Source: Bacteroidota bacterium
Lineage (GTDB): Bacteria > Bacteroidota > Bacteroidia > AKYH767-A > OLB10
DNA: 64,000 nt
Assembly (NCBI GenBank): GCA_025352785.1
Contig: JANXSD010000009.1
Span: 5,402 to 69,401 of the forward strand
Direction of reading: 5' to 3'
Positions 1 to 10,637 of this stretch are shown here, one piece after another (positions within the stretch are counted from its first letter, which is position 1; the number at the start of each line of letters is the position of its first letter). Made by a program: the position numbers and the translations under genes. Below the pieces are notes generated by a model that had not been told where the DNA came from, did no database searches, and saw only the letters and a program-made list of their open reading frames with translations.

Positions 1-83
1 AAAAAATAAATACTAACATGATGAATTATTTAGTTCATCAATTTCAATACTAATCTCTATTACCTCATTTAACAAAAAAATCA

Positions 84-1643
84 ATGGATATATCAATCTT
101 AATAGCAGCAATAATAGGTCTCGTAGTTGGAGCCGTGGTCACGTACCTTGCAACAAGAAAAACGAATCTCAATCTTGTTGCAATTGCAGAAGAAAAAGCA
201 CATTCAATCATTAAAGAAGCCGAAGCTAAAGGCGTAATTTATTTAAAGGATAAAGAGATTCAAGCTAAAGATCGTTTCACGGCATTAAAAGCAGATCACG
301 AAAAACATATTGCTGAAAAAGATAAACGGATTATCGAAGCTGATAATCGTATCAAACAAAAAGAAACTACTTTAAATCAACAATTAGAAGCAAGTAAATT
401 AAAGCAAACGCAAGTTGAAACAATTCAACAAAATTTAACTACTCAAATGGAAGTGGTTGATCGTCGCAAAGAAGAACTTGAAAAAGCTCATCAACGCCAA
501 GTTCAAGCACTCGAAAAAATTGCAGGTTTAAGTGTTGAGGATGCGCGTAAACAATTAGTGGAAGCTTTAAAGGCGGAAGCCAAAACAGAAGCAATGCAAT
601 TCATTAAGGAAACGATGGACGAAGCTAAACTTACAGCAAATAAAGAAGCAAAGAAAATCGTTATTCAAACAATTCAACGTGTTGCAACAGAGCACGCAGT
701 TGAAAATGCTGTTACTGTTTTTCATATTGATAATGATGAAGTAAAAGGCCGTATCATTGGACGTGAAGGAAGAAATATTCGTGCACTTGAAGCTGCAACA
801 GGAATTGAAATTATTGTTGATGATACTCCAGAAGCAATTATTCTTTCTGGCTTCGATCCAGTTCGTAGAGAGTTAGCTCGACTTGCATTACACCAATTGG
901 TTTCCGATGGTCGTATTCACCCCGCTCGTATTGAAGAAGTAGTTACAAAAGTTCGTCGCCAACTTGATGAAGAAATTATTGAGACAGGAAAACGTACAGC
1001 TATCGATTTAGGAATTCACGGACTAGCTCCAGAATTAATTCGCATGGTGGGTAGAATGAAATACCGCTCTTCTTACGGACAAAATTTACTACAACATTCA
1101 CGCGAAGTAGCCAACCTTTGTGCTTTGATGGCTGCTGAACTTGGTTTAAATGTAAAGCTCGCAAAACGTGCCGGTTTATTACACGATATTGGAAAAGTTA
1201 CTGAAGAAGATACTGAACTTCCTCACGCAATTGCAGGAATGAAAATGGCAGAACGTAACAAGGAAAATATTGAAATCTGTAATGCAATTGGAGCCCATCA
1301 TGATGAGATAGAAATGACAAGTATTATCTCTCCTATCGTTCAAGTTTGTGATGCGATTAGTGGTGCTCGTCCTGGTGCTCGTCGTGAAATTGTTGAGCAA
1401 TATATGAAGCGTTTGAAAGAGATGGAGAATCTTGCCCAATCGTATAAAGGTGTTGAGAAAGCTTTCGCAATTCAAGCTGGACGAGAGTTACGTGTAATTG
1501 TTGAAAGTGCAAAATTAGATGATGCACAAACAGAACAATTATCATTTGATATCGCAACAAAAATCCAAACGGAAATGACGTATCCTGGTCAAGTAAAGGT
1601 GACCGTTATTAGAGAAACGAGAGCCGTAAATTATGCTAAATAA
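84..1643 (+). CDS. rny: Ribonuclease Y (N-terminal TM anchor, coiled coil, KH domain, HD domain)
   Basis: 519 aa. N-terminal hydrophobic anchor [19 protein letters not shown], a long Lys/Glu-rich coiled coil, a KH-like [15 protein letters not shown] motif and an HD motif LLHDIGK...HH. This is the typical RNase Y architecture. Confidence 0.9.
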   Translation: MDISILIAAIIGLVVGAVVTYLATRKTNLNLVAIAEEKAHSIIKEAEAKGVIYLKDKEIQAKDRFTALKADHEKHIAEKDKRIIEADNRIKQKETTLNQQLEASKLKQTQVETIQQNLTTQMEVVDRRKEELEKAHQRQVQALEKIAGLSVEDARKQLVEALKAEAKTEAMQFIKETMDEAKLTANKEAKKIVIQTIQRVATEHAVENAVTVFHIDNDEVKGRIIGREGRNIRALEAATGIEIIVDDTPEAIILSGFDPVRRELARLALHQLVSDGRIHPARIEEVVTKVRRQLDEEIIETGKRTAIDLGIHGLAPELIRMVGRMKYRSSYGQNLLQHSREVANLCALMAAELGLNVKLAKRAGLLHDIGKVTEEDTELPHAIAGMKMAERNKENIEICNAIGAHHDEIEMTSIISPIVQVCDAISGARPGARREIVEQYMKRLKEMENLAQSYKGVEKAFAIQAGRELRVIVESAKLDDAQTEQLSFDIATKIQTEMTYPGQVKVTVIRETRAVNYAK

Positions 1644-1662
1644 TATTCGAAAATAAATAGTT

Positions 1663-1706
1663 AAACGACGAAGCCTGTAATAACCGACAGGCTTCGTCGT
1701 TTAAAT
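1663..1706 (+). terminator. Rho-independent terminator after rny
   Basis: Perfect 16-bp inverted repeat aaacgacgaagcctgt / acaggcttcgtcgttt with an 8-nt loop, followed by an A/T-rich tract. Confidence 0.7.
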
Positions 1707-1754
1707 TAAATTCAAGACATTTGTCAGCTACCAGAGGAAAATCTGTAATCCTTT

Positions 1755-2831
1755 ATGAAAATATTAACCATCATCGGTGCTCGTCCGCAGTTCATAAAAG
1801 CGGCTTCGGTAAGTCGTGAAATTGCTAAACATACTTCTCTTGAAGAGTTGATTATTCATACTGGTCAACATTTTGATGAGAACATGTCAGAGGTTTTTTT
1901 TAACGAAATGGATATTCCTGAACCTAAAATTAATTTAGGTATCGCCGGACAAACACATGGCATGATGACGGCAAACATGATAGCTGGATTAGAACCTGTT
2001 TTTATGGAGCATAAACCAGATCTAGTTCTCGTTTATGGTGATACGAATTCTACTTTAGCTGGAGCATTAGCCGCAGTTAAATTGCAAATTCCGATTGCAC
2101 ATATTGAAGCAGGTTTGCGAAGTTTTAATTTGCAAATGCCAGAAGAAATAAATCGAATTTTAACGGATCGTATTTCTAAATATCTCTTCTGCCCTACCAC
2201 AACAGCCATTAAAAATTTAGATAATGAAGGGTTCAGAAATCATGATTGTGATGTAATTTTTTCTGGTGATGTGATGCAAGATTCTGCGATTTATTATAAT
2301 AAAATTGCAGATGAAAAATCAACGATCCTTTCTAAACTCGGATTGAAAAAATATATTCTCTGTACCATTCATCGTGCGGAGAATACGGATGACCTTCAAC
2401 GATTGGAATCAATTTTCGAGGCGATAAATACGTTGAATCAAGAATTGGATTTAGTAATTCCAATTCATCCTCGCACACGAAAAATAATAGAGCAAAAAAA
2501 AATTAAATGTAATGCTGTTTTAATTGATCCTGTTGGCTATTTTGATATGATCTCCTTGATAAAAAATAGCGAATTAGTAATTACTGATTCTGGTGGTTTG
2601 CAAAAAGAAGCATTCTTCTTCAAAAAATGTTGCGTCACATTGCGAGAAGAAACAGAATGGGTAGAATTAGTTGAAGAAGGATTTAATATGCTAGCAGGAT
2701 TCGATAAAGAAAACATTATTACATCAACTCACACAATGTTAAATGCGCATCCAGATTTTAATGTGAATTTATATGGTAATGGACATGCTTCACAGCATAT
2801 TGTTTTACATTTACTAAGTGTGTTGAATTAA
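1755..2831 (+). CDS. wecB: UDP-N-acetylglucosamine 2-epimerase (non-hydrolysing)
   Basis: 358 aa. N-terminus MKILTIIGARPQFIKAASV and the HTGQHFD motif are characteristic of the WecB/MnaA family. Confidence 0.85.
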   Translation: MKILTIIGARPQFIKAASVSREIAKHTSLEELIIHTGQHFDENMSEVFFNEMDIPEPKINLGIAGQTHGMMTANMIAGLEPVFMEHKPDLVLVYGDTNSTLAGALAAVKLQIPIAHIEAGLRSFNLQMPEEINRILTDRISKYLFCPTTTAIKNLDNEGFRNHDCDVIFSGDVMQDSAIYYNKIADEKSTILSKLGLKKYILCTIHRAENTDDLQRLESIFEAINTLNQELDLVIPIHPRTRKIIEQKKIKCNAVLIDPVGYFDMISLIKNSELVITDSGGLQKEAFFFKKCCVTLREETEWVELVEEGFNMLAGFDKENIITSTHTMLNAHPDFNVNLYGNGHASQHIVLHLLSVLN

Positions 2832-2846
2832 AAAGTAACGAGAGAA

Positions 2847-3725
2847 TTAAGCTACAACATTAAAAAGTTCCAGCATTTTTGCTAGCTCATCCACTTTTTC
2901 TGTATCGCCTAGTTTTTGATACGACAAGGTTAAATTACGCACCATGCGTTGAATCATATCTTTATTTTCACAAGGATTGTAATAGCTGTCTTGAGGTTCT
3001 AAATTTAGCTTTTTAATAAATTGATCGATGTCTGACTCCCCGAATACAGAACCTTTACTAAATGGATTAATATAAAATATCACCTTATTCTTATCAGGAT
3101 TTTCTTCCTCTGAAGTACCTAAATAGGCAAGAATAAAATGTTCAGGAAGATTAACTCCGTAAATTGGTAAATTTAATTGATTCGTTATTACTTGATATAT
3201 AATTCCTAAAGCTAAAGGATTACCCTTCTTACTTTCTACTACACAATTAATATATGAATTTTGTGGAGCATGATAATTAGAAGTGTTTCCAGCAAAATTA
3301 TATTGACTGAATAAAATGGTATTTACAATATTTACAATTTCAAGAGCTGTAAGATTTTCATTTATCTCTAACCAAATGTCTTTCTTTATTTGCGCAATAG
3401 TTTGAAAGATTTTCTCTTCGTTTAAATCAGGATACTGATACTTCGCCACTAAAATTGCTCCTCGCAATAAATCATGTTCACTAGCATGAATCCATATTTT
3501 AATATCTTCTAATAAAGTATCATATTGAATTTTATGAACGATAAACTCAATTCGATTTTGCATCACAGCATCAAAAGCATTCGACCACGCATCTTCTAAA
3601 ATAGGAATTACTTCGCGTCCTAAGCCAATTAAACGCTCTTCAATATGAAAATATACATCTTTATCAGTATCATCTAAAAGGCTTATCAATGCCTTTATTT
3701 CTGGTTCGTTGAGTGAAGTTTCCAT
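2847..3725 (-). CDS. Transglutaminase-like (SirB1/Transglut_core2-like) family protein with C-terminal TPR-like helices
   Basis: 292 aa. Overall composition and the C-terminal helical repeat resemble the SirB1/YchA-type family. There are no catalytic motifs I can verify by eye. Confidence 0.3.
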   Translation of the reverse strand: METSLNEPEIKALISLLDDTDKDVYFHIEERLIGLGREVIPILEDAWSNAFDAVMQNRIEFIVHKIQYDTLLEDIKIWIHASEHDLLRGAILVAKYQYPDLNEEKIFQTIAQIKKDIWLEINENLTALEIVNIVNTILFSQYNFAGNTSNYHAPQNSYINCVVESKKGNPLALGIIYQVITNQLNLPIYGVNLPEHFILAYLGTSEEENPDKNKVIFYINPFSKGSVFGESDIDQFIKKLNLEPQDSYYNPCENKDMIQRMVRNLTLSYQKLGDTEKVDELAKMLELFNVVA

Positions 3726-3832
3726 AGTACAAGAATATAGGTTTATTTCTCTTGAGATTGAATAATTTACTACTTTTATTAACGTTTAAGTGTTAATCTC
3801 GTTTCGCTGTTTTTACTAATAACTTGAAAATT

Positions 3833-4957
3833 CTAATGTTGCTCCAACCAACGAGATAACAATACATCATATACATAAAATCTTCCTTCTTCATCAAATA
3901 TCATTTCCTTATCCAACAAGGCTGCCAAAGCCGTCTGAACAGAACTCGTGCTTCCTAATTCGTTCTTTCGAATAAACTCTCCGCCCAATACTTGTCTAGC
4001 TCCATTCTCTTTGGCTATTGCTTTCATCAACAACCATTGGTTTTGTGTTAAGAGTTTCCGATAATTGTAATATACTGAAGAGTTCTCATCCAAAAGTTCA
4101 GCCATCAGGCGTTCCACATACCATTCGTCTGGTTGGCGAATTCCCTTTGTGTATAAACGATTGCATAACAACTGTACATAATACGTATGGTGACGACACC
4201 AATCTAATATTCGATCTGCGATTGCATCCGAAATTTTCCGTTTTCCTTCGGCAAATTTTTCTATGATAAATTTACGATAAATATCGTGTTCTATAGCAAC
4301 TAAATTCAACATATCTGTCGATTGATAAAATGGTCGGGACTGATTTCGAAACATGGCTTGCATCATAGAATTCTGACTATCTACAAAGATAAAACGGATA
4401 TTCTTCGCTTTTTGTACAAATGTTTGTAACAATGCTTCTGTATTCTTCTCCGAATACTCCAAAATTTGTTGAAATTCATCGAAGGCTAAAACAATCTGAC
4501 CCGGCTGCTTCTCTAAATAAGCGAAAATTTGCTCCAAGCTATGTTCTGCTTGAACATTTGCATCTAAAGTAAATTCCACAGAAGGTGCTCCCGACATTTG
4601 ATCATACTGAATCATAGGACGTAAATGCGTGAAGAAATTCGCCAGTTCACGCATCAGTTTTATCTGATTGGAATCAAGTTTTCCCAGTGTACTTTTAGCC
4701 AGTAATTTTACCAAATCAGCCTGTGAAGTTGTTGGGTATAAATCGAGATAAAAACAACGTACTCCTTTCTTGCTTTTTAGCTGCTGAAAAACATGCTGAA
4801 TCAGGCCAGTTTTACCCATCCTCCGAAGAGCGGTAACTGTAGTATTTCGACCATTTTTTATTCCTTCGAGGATTTGATCCGTTTCACTTTGCCGATTACA
4901 GAAATATTCGGGGCTGTGATAAGCGATTACCGGAAAGGGATTTTCAATTTTATCCAT
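3833..4957 (-). CDS. ATP-binding protein, archaeal-type AAA+ ATPase (PF01637-like) with C-terminal DUF234-like region
   Basis: Walker A GRNTTVTALRRMGKTGL and Walker B-like IVLAFDEFQ. The likely true start is MDKIENPF at 4957; the ORF-track start at 5020 adds 21 implausible residues. Confidence 0.55.
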   Translation of the reverse strand: MDKIENPFPVIAYHSPEYFCNRQSETDQILEGIKNGRNTTVTALRRMGKTGLIQHVFQQLKSKKGVRCFYLDLYPTTSQADLVKLLAKSTLGKLDSNQIKLMRELANFFTHLRPMIQYDQMSGAPSVEFTLDANVQAEHSLEQIFAYLEKQPGQIVLAFDEFQQILEYSEKNTEALLQTFVQKAKNIRFIFVDSQNSMMQAMFRNQSRPFYQSTDMLNLVAIEHDIYRKFIIEKFAEGKRKISDAIADRILDWCRHHTYYVQLLCNRLYTKGIRQPDEWYVERLMAELLDENSSVYYNYRKLLTQNQWLLMKAIAKENGARQVLGGEFIRKNELGSTSSVQTALAALLDKEMIFDEEGRFYVYDVLLSRWLEQH

Positions 4958-5074
4958 TACGTAAACTAAATTATGTTTATTGCATAATACAAAGAACGTT
5001 ATCTTATTCCAATAATGCAAATGAGGTAAGAATATAGTTTATGAATTGCGAAAGTCATAAGCGATATTTGCCAA

Positions 5075-5776
5075 ATGAATATAAACCATCAAATTTTTAC
5101 TCCTGAACTTCTTGAATACTTGTTGAGTTTTATTTCTGATAAAAGAAAAGAAAGATTCAATACTGTATTAGCAAATCGAACACGACATATTACGGTCGCG
5201 ATGGAAAATTCCACCGACGGACATAATACAAGTGCAGTAATGCGAAGCTGTGAATGTTTCGGGATTCAAGATATACATGTAATCGAAAATGGATCCTATA
5301 TTAAGCCAGCAAAAAATGTTACTAACGGAGCTTATAAATGGTTATCCATAAATAAATATAGCGATACAGAAAATAATACATTAAACTGCATTCAATCATT
5401 ACGAAAAAAAGGTTATCGCATTGTTGCAACAACGCCACATATTTTTGATAAAGCTGTGCATGAATTAGATATTTCAAAACCCATCGCATTATTTTTCGGT
5501 CAAGAACGAGATGGCATCTCACAATTATTGATGCGAGAAGCAGATGAATTTGCTATCATTCCTATGCAAGGTTTTTCAGAAAGTTTTAATGTTTCTGTTG
5601 CAGCATCCATTATGCTATACGACCTAACACAGCGATTAAGAGAAAACAATGCTATCAATTGGAAATTATCTGCGAAGGAAATTACCGAGATAAAAAAAGA
5701 TTGGACTTTGAAAAGTCTTTTTCGTCCCGAATTATTTATTCGTAGATTTGAAGAAGAACAATCTGCCAAAAAATAA
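5075..5776 (+). CDS. trmH: tRNA/rRNA 2'-O-methyltransferase, SpoU/TrmH family (likely tRNA Gm18)
   Basis: 233 aa SPOUT-class sequence with motifs NTSAVMRSCECFG and IVATTPH...ALFFGQERDGIS. The stop overlaps the next start (taATG). Confidence 0.7.
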   Translation: MNINHQIFTPELLEYLLSFISDKRKERFNTVLANRTRHITVAMENSTDGHNTSAVMRSCECFGIQDIHVIENGSYIKPAKNVTNGAYKWLSINKYSDTENNTLNCIQSLRKKGYRIVATTPHIFDKAVHELDISKPIALFFGQERDGISQLLMREADEFAIIPMQGFSESFNVSVAASIMLYDLTQRLRENNAINWKLSAKEITEIKKDWTLKSLFRPELFIRRFEEEQSAKK

Positions 5777-6438
5777 TGTTTACTGATATCCATACGCACC
5801 AAACAAAAGTATCCGAAGATTGCATCAGCATTTTTAATTTATTAGATACAGATTCCATTGCAAATGATCTGGAATCTATAAATAATTTTTCTATTGGAAT
5901 TCATCCACGATTTATTCGTGTGGATTCATCTCAAGAAGATATTCGAATTATTCAATTTCATGCAAAAAAGAAAAATGTTTTAGCCATTGGCGAATGTGGA
6001 CTAGACCGATTAAGTGAAACACAATTAGAGCTGCAAATTTCAATTTTCGAAGACATGGTGCGCCTCTCTGAAGAAATTAAAAAGCCGCTCATCATTCATT
6101 GTGTAAAGGCTTATGACGATATCCGAATCTTACATAAAAAATTAAAGCCGAAACAACCATGGATATTACATGGCTTTAATGTAAAAATATCAGTAGCCAA
6201 ACAACTACTCGAAGAAGGATTTTATTTTTCTTTTGGTAATGCAATTTTACATGACGATTCGATGGCCAAAACGGTTTTACCATCTATTCCAGATGGGAAA
6301 TTTTTCCTGGAAACAGATGCCTCTGAAGTCTCTATCAATGCTATCTTTGCACGCGCTGCAGTTTTGAGAAATACCACAGAAATTTCATTGAAATCGCAGC
6401 TTCACCACCAATTTTTAAAGTTATTCCATTATGTCTGA
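5776..6438 (+). CDS. tatD: TatD-family metal-dependent hydrolase/DNase
   Basis: Begins MFTDIHTHQ and contains GECGLD and IIHC motifs typical of TatD. It ends in TGA and overlaps the next gene by 8 nt. Confidence 0.65.
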   Translation: MFTDIHTHQTKVSEDCISIFNLLDTDSIANDLESINNFSIGIHPRFIRVDSSQEDIRIIQFHAKKKNVLAIGECGLDRLSETQLELQISIFEDMVRLSEEIKKPLIIHCVKAYDDIRILHKKLKPKQPWILHGFNVKISVAKQLLEEGFYFSFGNAILHDDSMAKTVLPSIPDGKFFLETDASEVSINAIFARAAVLRNTTEISLKSQLHHQFLKLFHYV

Positions 6439-7177
6439 TCGTTCCTGGCTTTCCAGAACTGCATTATTAATCAATGAAAACCAGCTTACTACTCTCGAAA
6501 ACGCACATGTAATCGTGATTGGCCAAGGTGGGGTTGGCTCATTTGCAGCTGAATTTTTATGCCGTGCAGGAATTGGAACTTTGACAATCGTTGATGGTGA
6601 TCAAGTGGAGGCAAGTAACAGAAATCGGCAACTTCCTGCTTTGAAATCAACAGAAGGTCTCTACAAAACAGATATCATGAAGGAACGATTACTTGATATT
6701 AATCCCGATTTAAAGCTGAATGTCATCAAGGAATTTATCAATCCCGCAGAGGTGAATAATTTGTTGAGCTTTCCTTATGATTACGTAGTTGAAGCAATCG
6801 ATTCAGTAACACCAAAAATTACAACGTTAGTTGCAGCCTATCGTAAAGGACTAAAAATTGTTAGCTCGATGGGAGCTGGTGGTAAATTGGATCCAACAAA
6901 AATTAAAGTTGTTGATATTAGCGAAACACATGAATGCAGACTTGCTCAATGTGTTCGAAAAAGATTAAAAAATCATGACATCCGTAATGGAATAAAAGCA
7001 GTTTTTTCGTACGAAGAAGTAATCAAAGAATCACTCCTTATGACTGATGGAACACGATATAAAAAATCGGCTTATGGTACAATATCTTACCTACCTGCTA
7101 CCTTTGGAGCTGTATGTGCATCCGTAGTAATTCGGGATCTCATAACAACAGAAAATACGATTACCGAAAATAATTAA
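6431..7177 (+). CDS. tcdA: tRNA threonylcarbamoyladenosine dehydratase (ThiF/MoeB-fold E1-like)
   Basis: Nucleotide-binding loop VIGQGGVGS within a ThiF-family fold, size 248 aa. This matches the TcdA/CsdL family. Confidence 0.75.
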   Translation: MSDRSWLSRTALLINENQLTTLENAHVIVIGQGGVGSFAAEFLCRAGIGTLTIVDGDQVEASNRNRQLPALKSTEGLYKTDIMKERLLDINPDLKLNVIKEFINPAEVNNLLSFPYDYVVEAIDSVTPKITTLVAAYRKGLKIVSSMGAGGKLDPTKIKVVDISETHECRLAQCVRKRLKNHDIRNGIKAVFSYEEVIKESLLMTDGTRYKKSAYGTISYLPATFGAVCASVVIRDLITTENTITENN

Positions 7178-7225
7178 TTGAATTAAAAAATCAACAAGCA
7201 TAACAGCTTACAACATTTATAATCA

Positions 7226-8356
7226 TTGAAATTTACATTACAACAAACCGATACTGCAAGTAAAGCGAGAGCTGGTTATCTTGAAACTGATCACGGTAAA
7301 ATTGAAACACCCATTTTCATGCCGGTTGGTACTGCAGGAACCGTGAAGAGTGTTCATCAGCGTGAACTAGCGAATGACGTAGGTGCTCAAATTATTTTAG
7401 GCAATACGTATCATTTGTATTTACGTCCGGGAACTACTATTCTAGAAAAATCTGGAGGCTTACATAAATTTATTGGTTGGGATAAACCGATCCTTACTGA
7501 TAGCGGTGGATACCAAGTTTTTTCTTTGAGTGATATTCGAAAAATTAAAGAAGAAGGAGTCCATTTTACTTCGCATATTGATGGATCAAAACATTTTCTC
7601 TCGCCAGAAATAGCAATAGATACACAACGAAGTATTGGTGGTGATATCATCATGGCATTTGATGAATGTACCCCCTACCCTTGCGAGTACGATTTGGCAA
7701 AAAAATCAATGGAGTTAACACATCGTTGGTTGAAACGGTGCTGTACTCATTTTGATAATCATCCACCCCTCTACGGCCATTCACAAACTTTATTTCCGAT
7801 TGTTCAAGGAAGTACCTATAAGGATTTGCGTAAGCAGAGTGCAGAATTTATTGCATCAATGGATCGCGAAGGAAATGCTATTGGAGGATTATCCGTTGGT
7901 GAACCAGCAGAAATGATGTATGAAATCACTGATCAGATGACGGATATTTTACCGAAAAATAAGCCACGTTATCTGATGGGTGTTGGAACTCCTGCAAATA
8001 TTTTAGAGGGAATTGCACTTGGCGTAGATATGTTCGATTGTGTGATGCCAACACGTAATGCACGCAATGGTATGCTTTTTACAAAAGATGGTATCATCAA
8101 TATCCGCAATGAAAAATGGAAGGCAGATTTCTCTCCTATTGAAGCGGATGGAACTTGTTATGTAGATACAGCATACAATAAAGCATACTTACGCCACTTA
8201 TTAATTTCAAAAGAAATTCTTGCAGCACAAATTGCAACGTTGCATAATTTAGGTTTTTATCTTTGGTTGGTAAAAGAAGCAAGAAAACATATTCTTGCTG
8301 GAACATTCTCATTATGGAAATCGGAGATGGTGAAAAGAGTTAGTAATAGATTATAA
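7226..8356 (+). CDS. tgt: Queuine tRNA-ribosyltransferase (tRNA-guanine transglycosylase)
   Basis: N-terminus ...ETDHGKIETPIFMPVGTAGTVK, a DSGGYQV motif and a C-terminal zinc-site region. Size 376 aa. Confidence 0.9.
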   Translation: MKFTLQQTDTASKARAGYLETDHGKIETPIFMPVGTAGTVKSVHQRELANDVGAQIILGNTYHLYLRPGTTILEKSGGLHKFIGWDKPILTDSGGYQVFSLSDIRKIKEEGVHFTSHIDGSKHFLSPEIAIDTQRSIGGDIIMAFDECTPYPCEYDLAKKSMELTHRWLKRCCTHFDNHPPLYGHSQTLFPIVQGSTYKDLRKQSAEFIASMDREGNAIGGLSVGEPAEMMYEITDQMTDILPKNKPRYLMGVGTPANILEGIALGVDMFDCVMPTRNARNGMLFTKDGIINIRNEKWKADFSPIEADGTCYVDTAYNKAYLRHLLISKEILAAQIATLHNLGFYLWLVKEARKHILAGTFSLWKSEMVKRVSNRL

Positions 8357-8381
8357 ATTGTAGCATTGCAAAATAAAAATA

Positions 8382-9464
8382 ATGAAGATTAAAATATTAG
8401 ATCGTTATATCATTAAGAAGTTCTTAGGCACCTTTTTCTTTGCTCTGGGATTAATTATTGCTATAGCAATTGTATTTGATATTTCCGAAAAGATCGATGA
8501 CTTTCTCGAGCGACAAGCTCCAATGAAGGCAATTATTTTCGATTATTACATGAATTTTATTCCATATTTCGGAAATCTTTTTAGTCCGCTCTTTGTGTTT
8601 ATTGCAGTAATATTTTTCACTTCTAAACTAGCAAACAATACTGAAATAATAGCGATACTTGCAAGTGGGGTAAGCTTTCGCAGATTACTTATGCCCTATA
8701 TGTTTTCCGCTGGGGTTTTAGCAGTTATATCGTTAGGATTAAACACATATATCATTCCACACTCGAATGCTACACGATTAGCATTTGAATCACGGTATAT
8801 TAAAAATCCATTTGTTTACAGAAATAAAAATGTACATCGACAGATTAGTCCGGGTAATTTTATTTATTTCGAAAGTTACAATAATATTGACAAGATAGGA
8901 TATCAGTTTTCATTTGAAAAATTCGATAAAGGAAAGTTAACTTACAAACTATTATCAGAACGAATATTATGGGATAGTATTAAAAGTAATTGGATACTAG
9001 AAAATTATTTTGTTCGCCAAATAAATGGCGAAACAGAAAGGATGAAAAGTGGTTTTCGAATGGATACCACATTTGCATTTTATCCAAACGAATTTAATCG
9101 AAGAGTTGATTATATTGAAACGATGGACGCTTCAAAATTAGATGGATTTATAGAACAAGAACGAATTCGAGGTTCTGAAGAACTTCCATTTTATCTCATT
9201 GAGAAATACAAACGAACATCTTTTCCATTCGCAACATTTATCTTAACTATCATAGGAGTTTCACTTTCCAGCAGAAAAGTAAGAGGAGGAATTGGTGTTC
9301 AAATTGGAATTGGCTTGCTTATTAGTTTTACGTACATTATGTTCATGCAAATAAGTACCACATTTTCTACAAATGGTGATGTACCTCCAATGCTTGCTGT
9401 TTGGATTCCTAATATTTTCTTTTCCTTTGTTGCAATATATTTGCTGCGAAGAGCAATGAAATAA
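8382..9464 (+). CDS. LptF/LptG-family LPS export permease (YjgP/YjgQ)
   Basis: Begins MKIKILDRYIIKKFLGTFFF. The layout is a TM bundle, a periplasmic beta-jellyroll domain, then further TMs. Size 360 aa. Confidence 0.75.
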   Translation: MKIKILDRYIIKKFLGTFFFALGLIIAIAIVFDISEKIDDFLERQAPMKAIIFDYYMNFIPYFGNLFSPLFVFIAVIFFTSKLANNTEIIAILASGVSFRRLLMPYMFSAGVLAVISLGLNTYIIPHSNATRLAFESRYIKNPFVYRNKNVHRQISPGNFIYFESYNNIDKIGYQFSFEKFDKGKLTYKLLSERILWDSIKSNWILENYFVRQINGETERMKSGFRMDTTFAFYPNEFNRRVDYIETMDASKLDGFIEQERIRGSEELPFYLIEKYKRTSFPFATFILTIIGVSLSSRKVRGGIGVQIGIGLLISFTYIMFMQISTTFSTNGDVPPMLAVWIPNIFFSFVAIYLLRRAMK

Positions 9465-9470
9465 TTTTAT

Positions 9471-10610
9471 TTAAACAAGAGATTCATCGTATACTTTTAC
9501 AGTATTGTAAAGTGTATCGCGTTCAATAGGAATTCTCCCCGAATCTTTTATTAAGTCGACTAACTGATCAGTAGATAAAACTGGCACTTGTTCTTCAGAA
9601 CCAGCCATTGAATAAATTTTCGTACTGTCATCGATGGTTCCATCTAAATCATCAACACCAAATGATTGCGTTAGTTGTGCCGTTGATCTTCCAATCATTG
9701 GCCAATATGCTTTAACATGGCCAAAATTATCGAGATAAATGCGACCAATTGCATACGTTTTTAAGTCTTCTATTAAATTTACTTCAGGCACATAACTCAT
9801 ATCGTTATCACCATTGCGAAATTTCAATGGAATAAATGTTTGAAATCCTTGTGTACGATCTTGCAAATCACGTAACCTTCGCATGTGATCCACTCGATGA
9901 GAATATGTTTCTATGTGTCCATAAAGCATCGTTGCATTACTTCGGATTCCAAATTGATGGGCTGTTTCATGAATCTCTAACCAGCGATTAGAATCACATT
10001 TATCACCCGCAATTTCCAAACGCACTTTTTCATCAAAAATTTCTGCGCCCCCGCCAGGGATTGAATCTAAACCATTCTCTTTAAGATATTGCAAACCTTC
10101 TTTGATACTCATTTTACCTTTGCGAAACATATAATCTAATTCCACAGAGGTAAACGCTTTTATGTGCAAATCAGGACGATGATCTTTTATTCGTTTTAAT
10201 AATTGAGCGAAAAAATGAACATCCATTTTCGGATGAACACCTCCAACAATATGAACTTCAGTAATGGCTTTGCCATCATATTCCTTCACTCGATTTACCA
10301 TCTGTTCAATGTCAAGCTCCCAACCATCTTCCCGCTTTTTATACTCACGTGAATAAGCGCAAAATTTACAAGCAAAAACACAAATGTTAGTAGGCTCAAT
10401 ATGAAAATTACGATTAAAATAAGTGTACTGACCATTTTTCTTTTCACGTACATAATTTGCAAGAACTCCTAATGATGATATCTCACCATTTTCATAAAGC
10501 CAAAGTGCATCCGCATCAGTGATTCTTACACCTTCAATAATTTTAGCTGCAATATTTCTTAAATTTATATTTGATGATTTTATAATTGTGTCAATTGCTG
10601 TATGATTCAT
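9471..10610 (-). CDS. Radical SAM enzyme of the MqnC/MqnE family (futalosine menaquinone pathway)
   Basis: CxxxCxxC-type motif (CKFCAYS) with GGxHP. The 379 aa size is typical of MqnE/MqnC/CofH-like enzymes. I cannot say by eye which member it is. Confidence 0.5.
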   Translation of the reverse strand: MNHTAIDTIIKSSNINLRNIAAKIIEGVRITDADALWLYENGEISSLGVLANYVREKKNGQYTYFNRNFHIEPTNICVFACKFCAYSREYKKREDGWELDIEQMVNRVKEYDGKAITEVHIVGGVHPKMDVHFFAQLLKRIKDHRPDLHIKAFTSVELDYMFRKGKMSIKEGLQYLKENGLDSIPGGGAEIFDEKVRLEIAGDKCDSNRWLEIHETAHQFGIRSNATMLYGHIETYSHRVDHMRRLRDLQDRTQGFQTFIPLKFRNGDNDMSYVPEVNLIEDLKTYAIGRIYLDNFGHVKAYWPMIGRSTAQLTQSFGVDDLDGTIDDSTKIYSMAGSEEQVPVLSTDQLVDLIKDSGRIPIERDTLYNTVKVYDESLV

Positions 10611-10637
10611 TTTTTATAAAATTTGTAATTAATAATA

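Noticed and set aside
1179-1560. Antisense ORFs inside rny (1179-1475 and 1357-1560), plus similar short antisense or overlapping ORFs throughout the track. Examples are 4018-4266, 5322-5802, 7411-7653, 11059-11617, 14111-14308, 24142-24423, 32591-32929, 41859-42780, 43331-44195, 44989-45402, 54091-54369, 54676-54945, 55463-55762 and 60302-60675.
   Set aside because: All lie wholly inside strongly supported genes on the opposite strand or frame. They have low-complexity translations with no motifs. They are typical spurious ORFs of AT-rich DNA.
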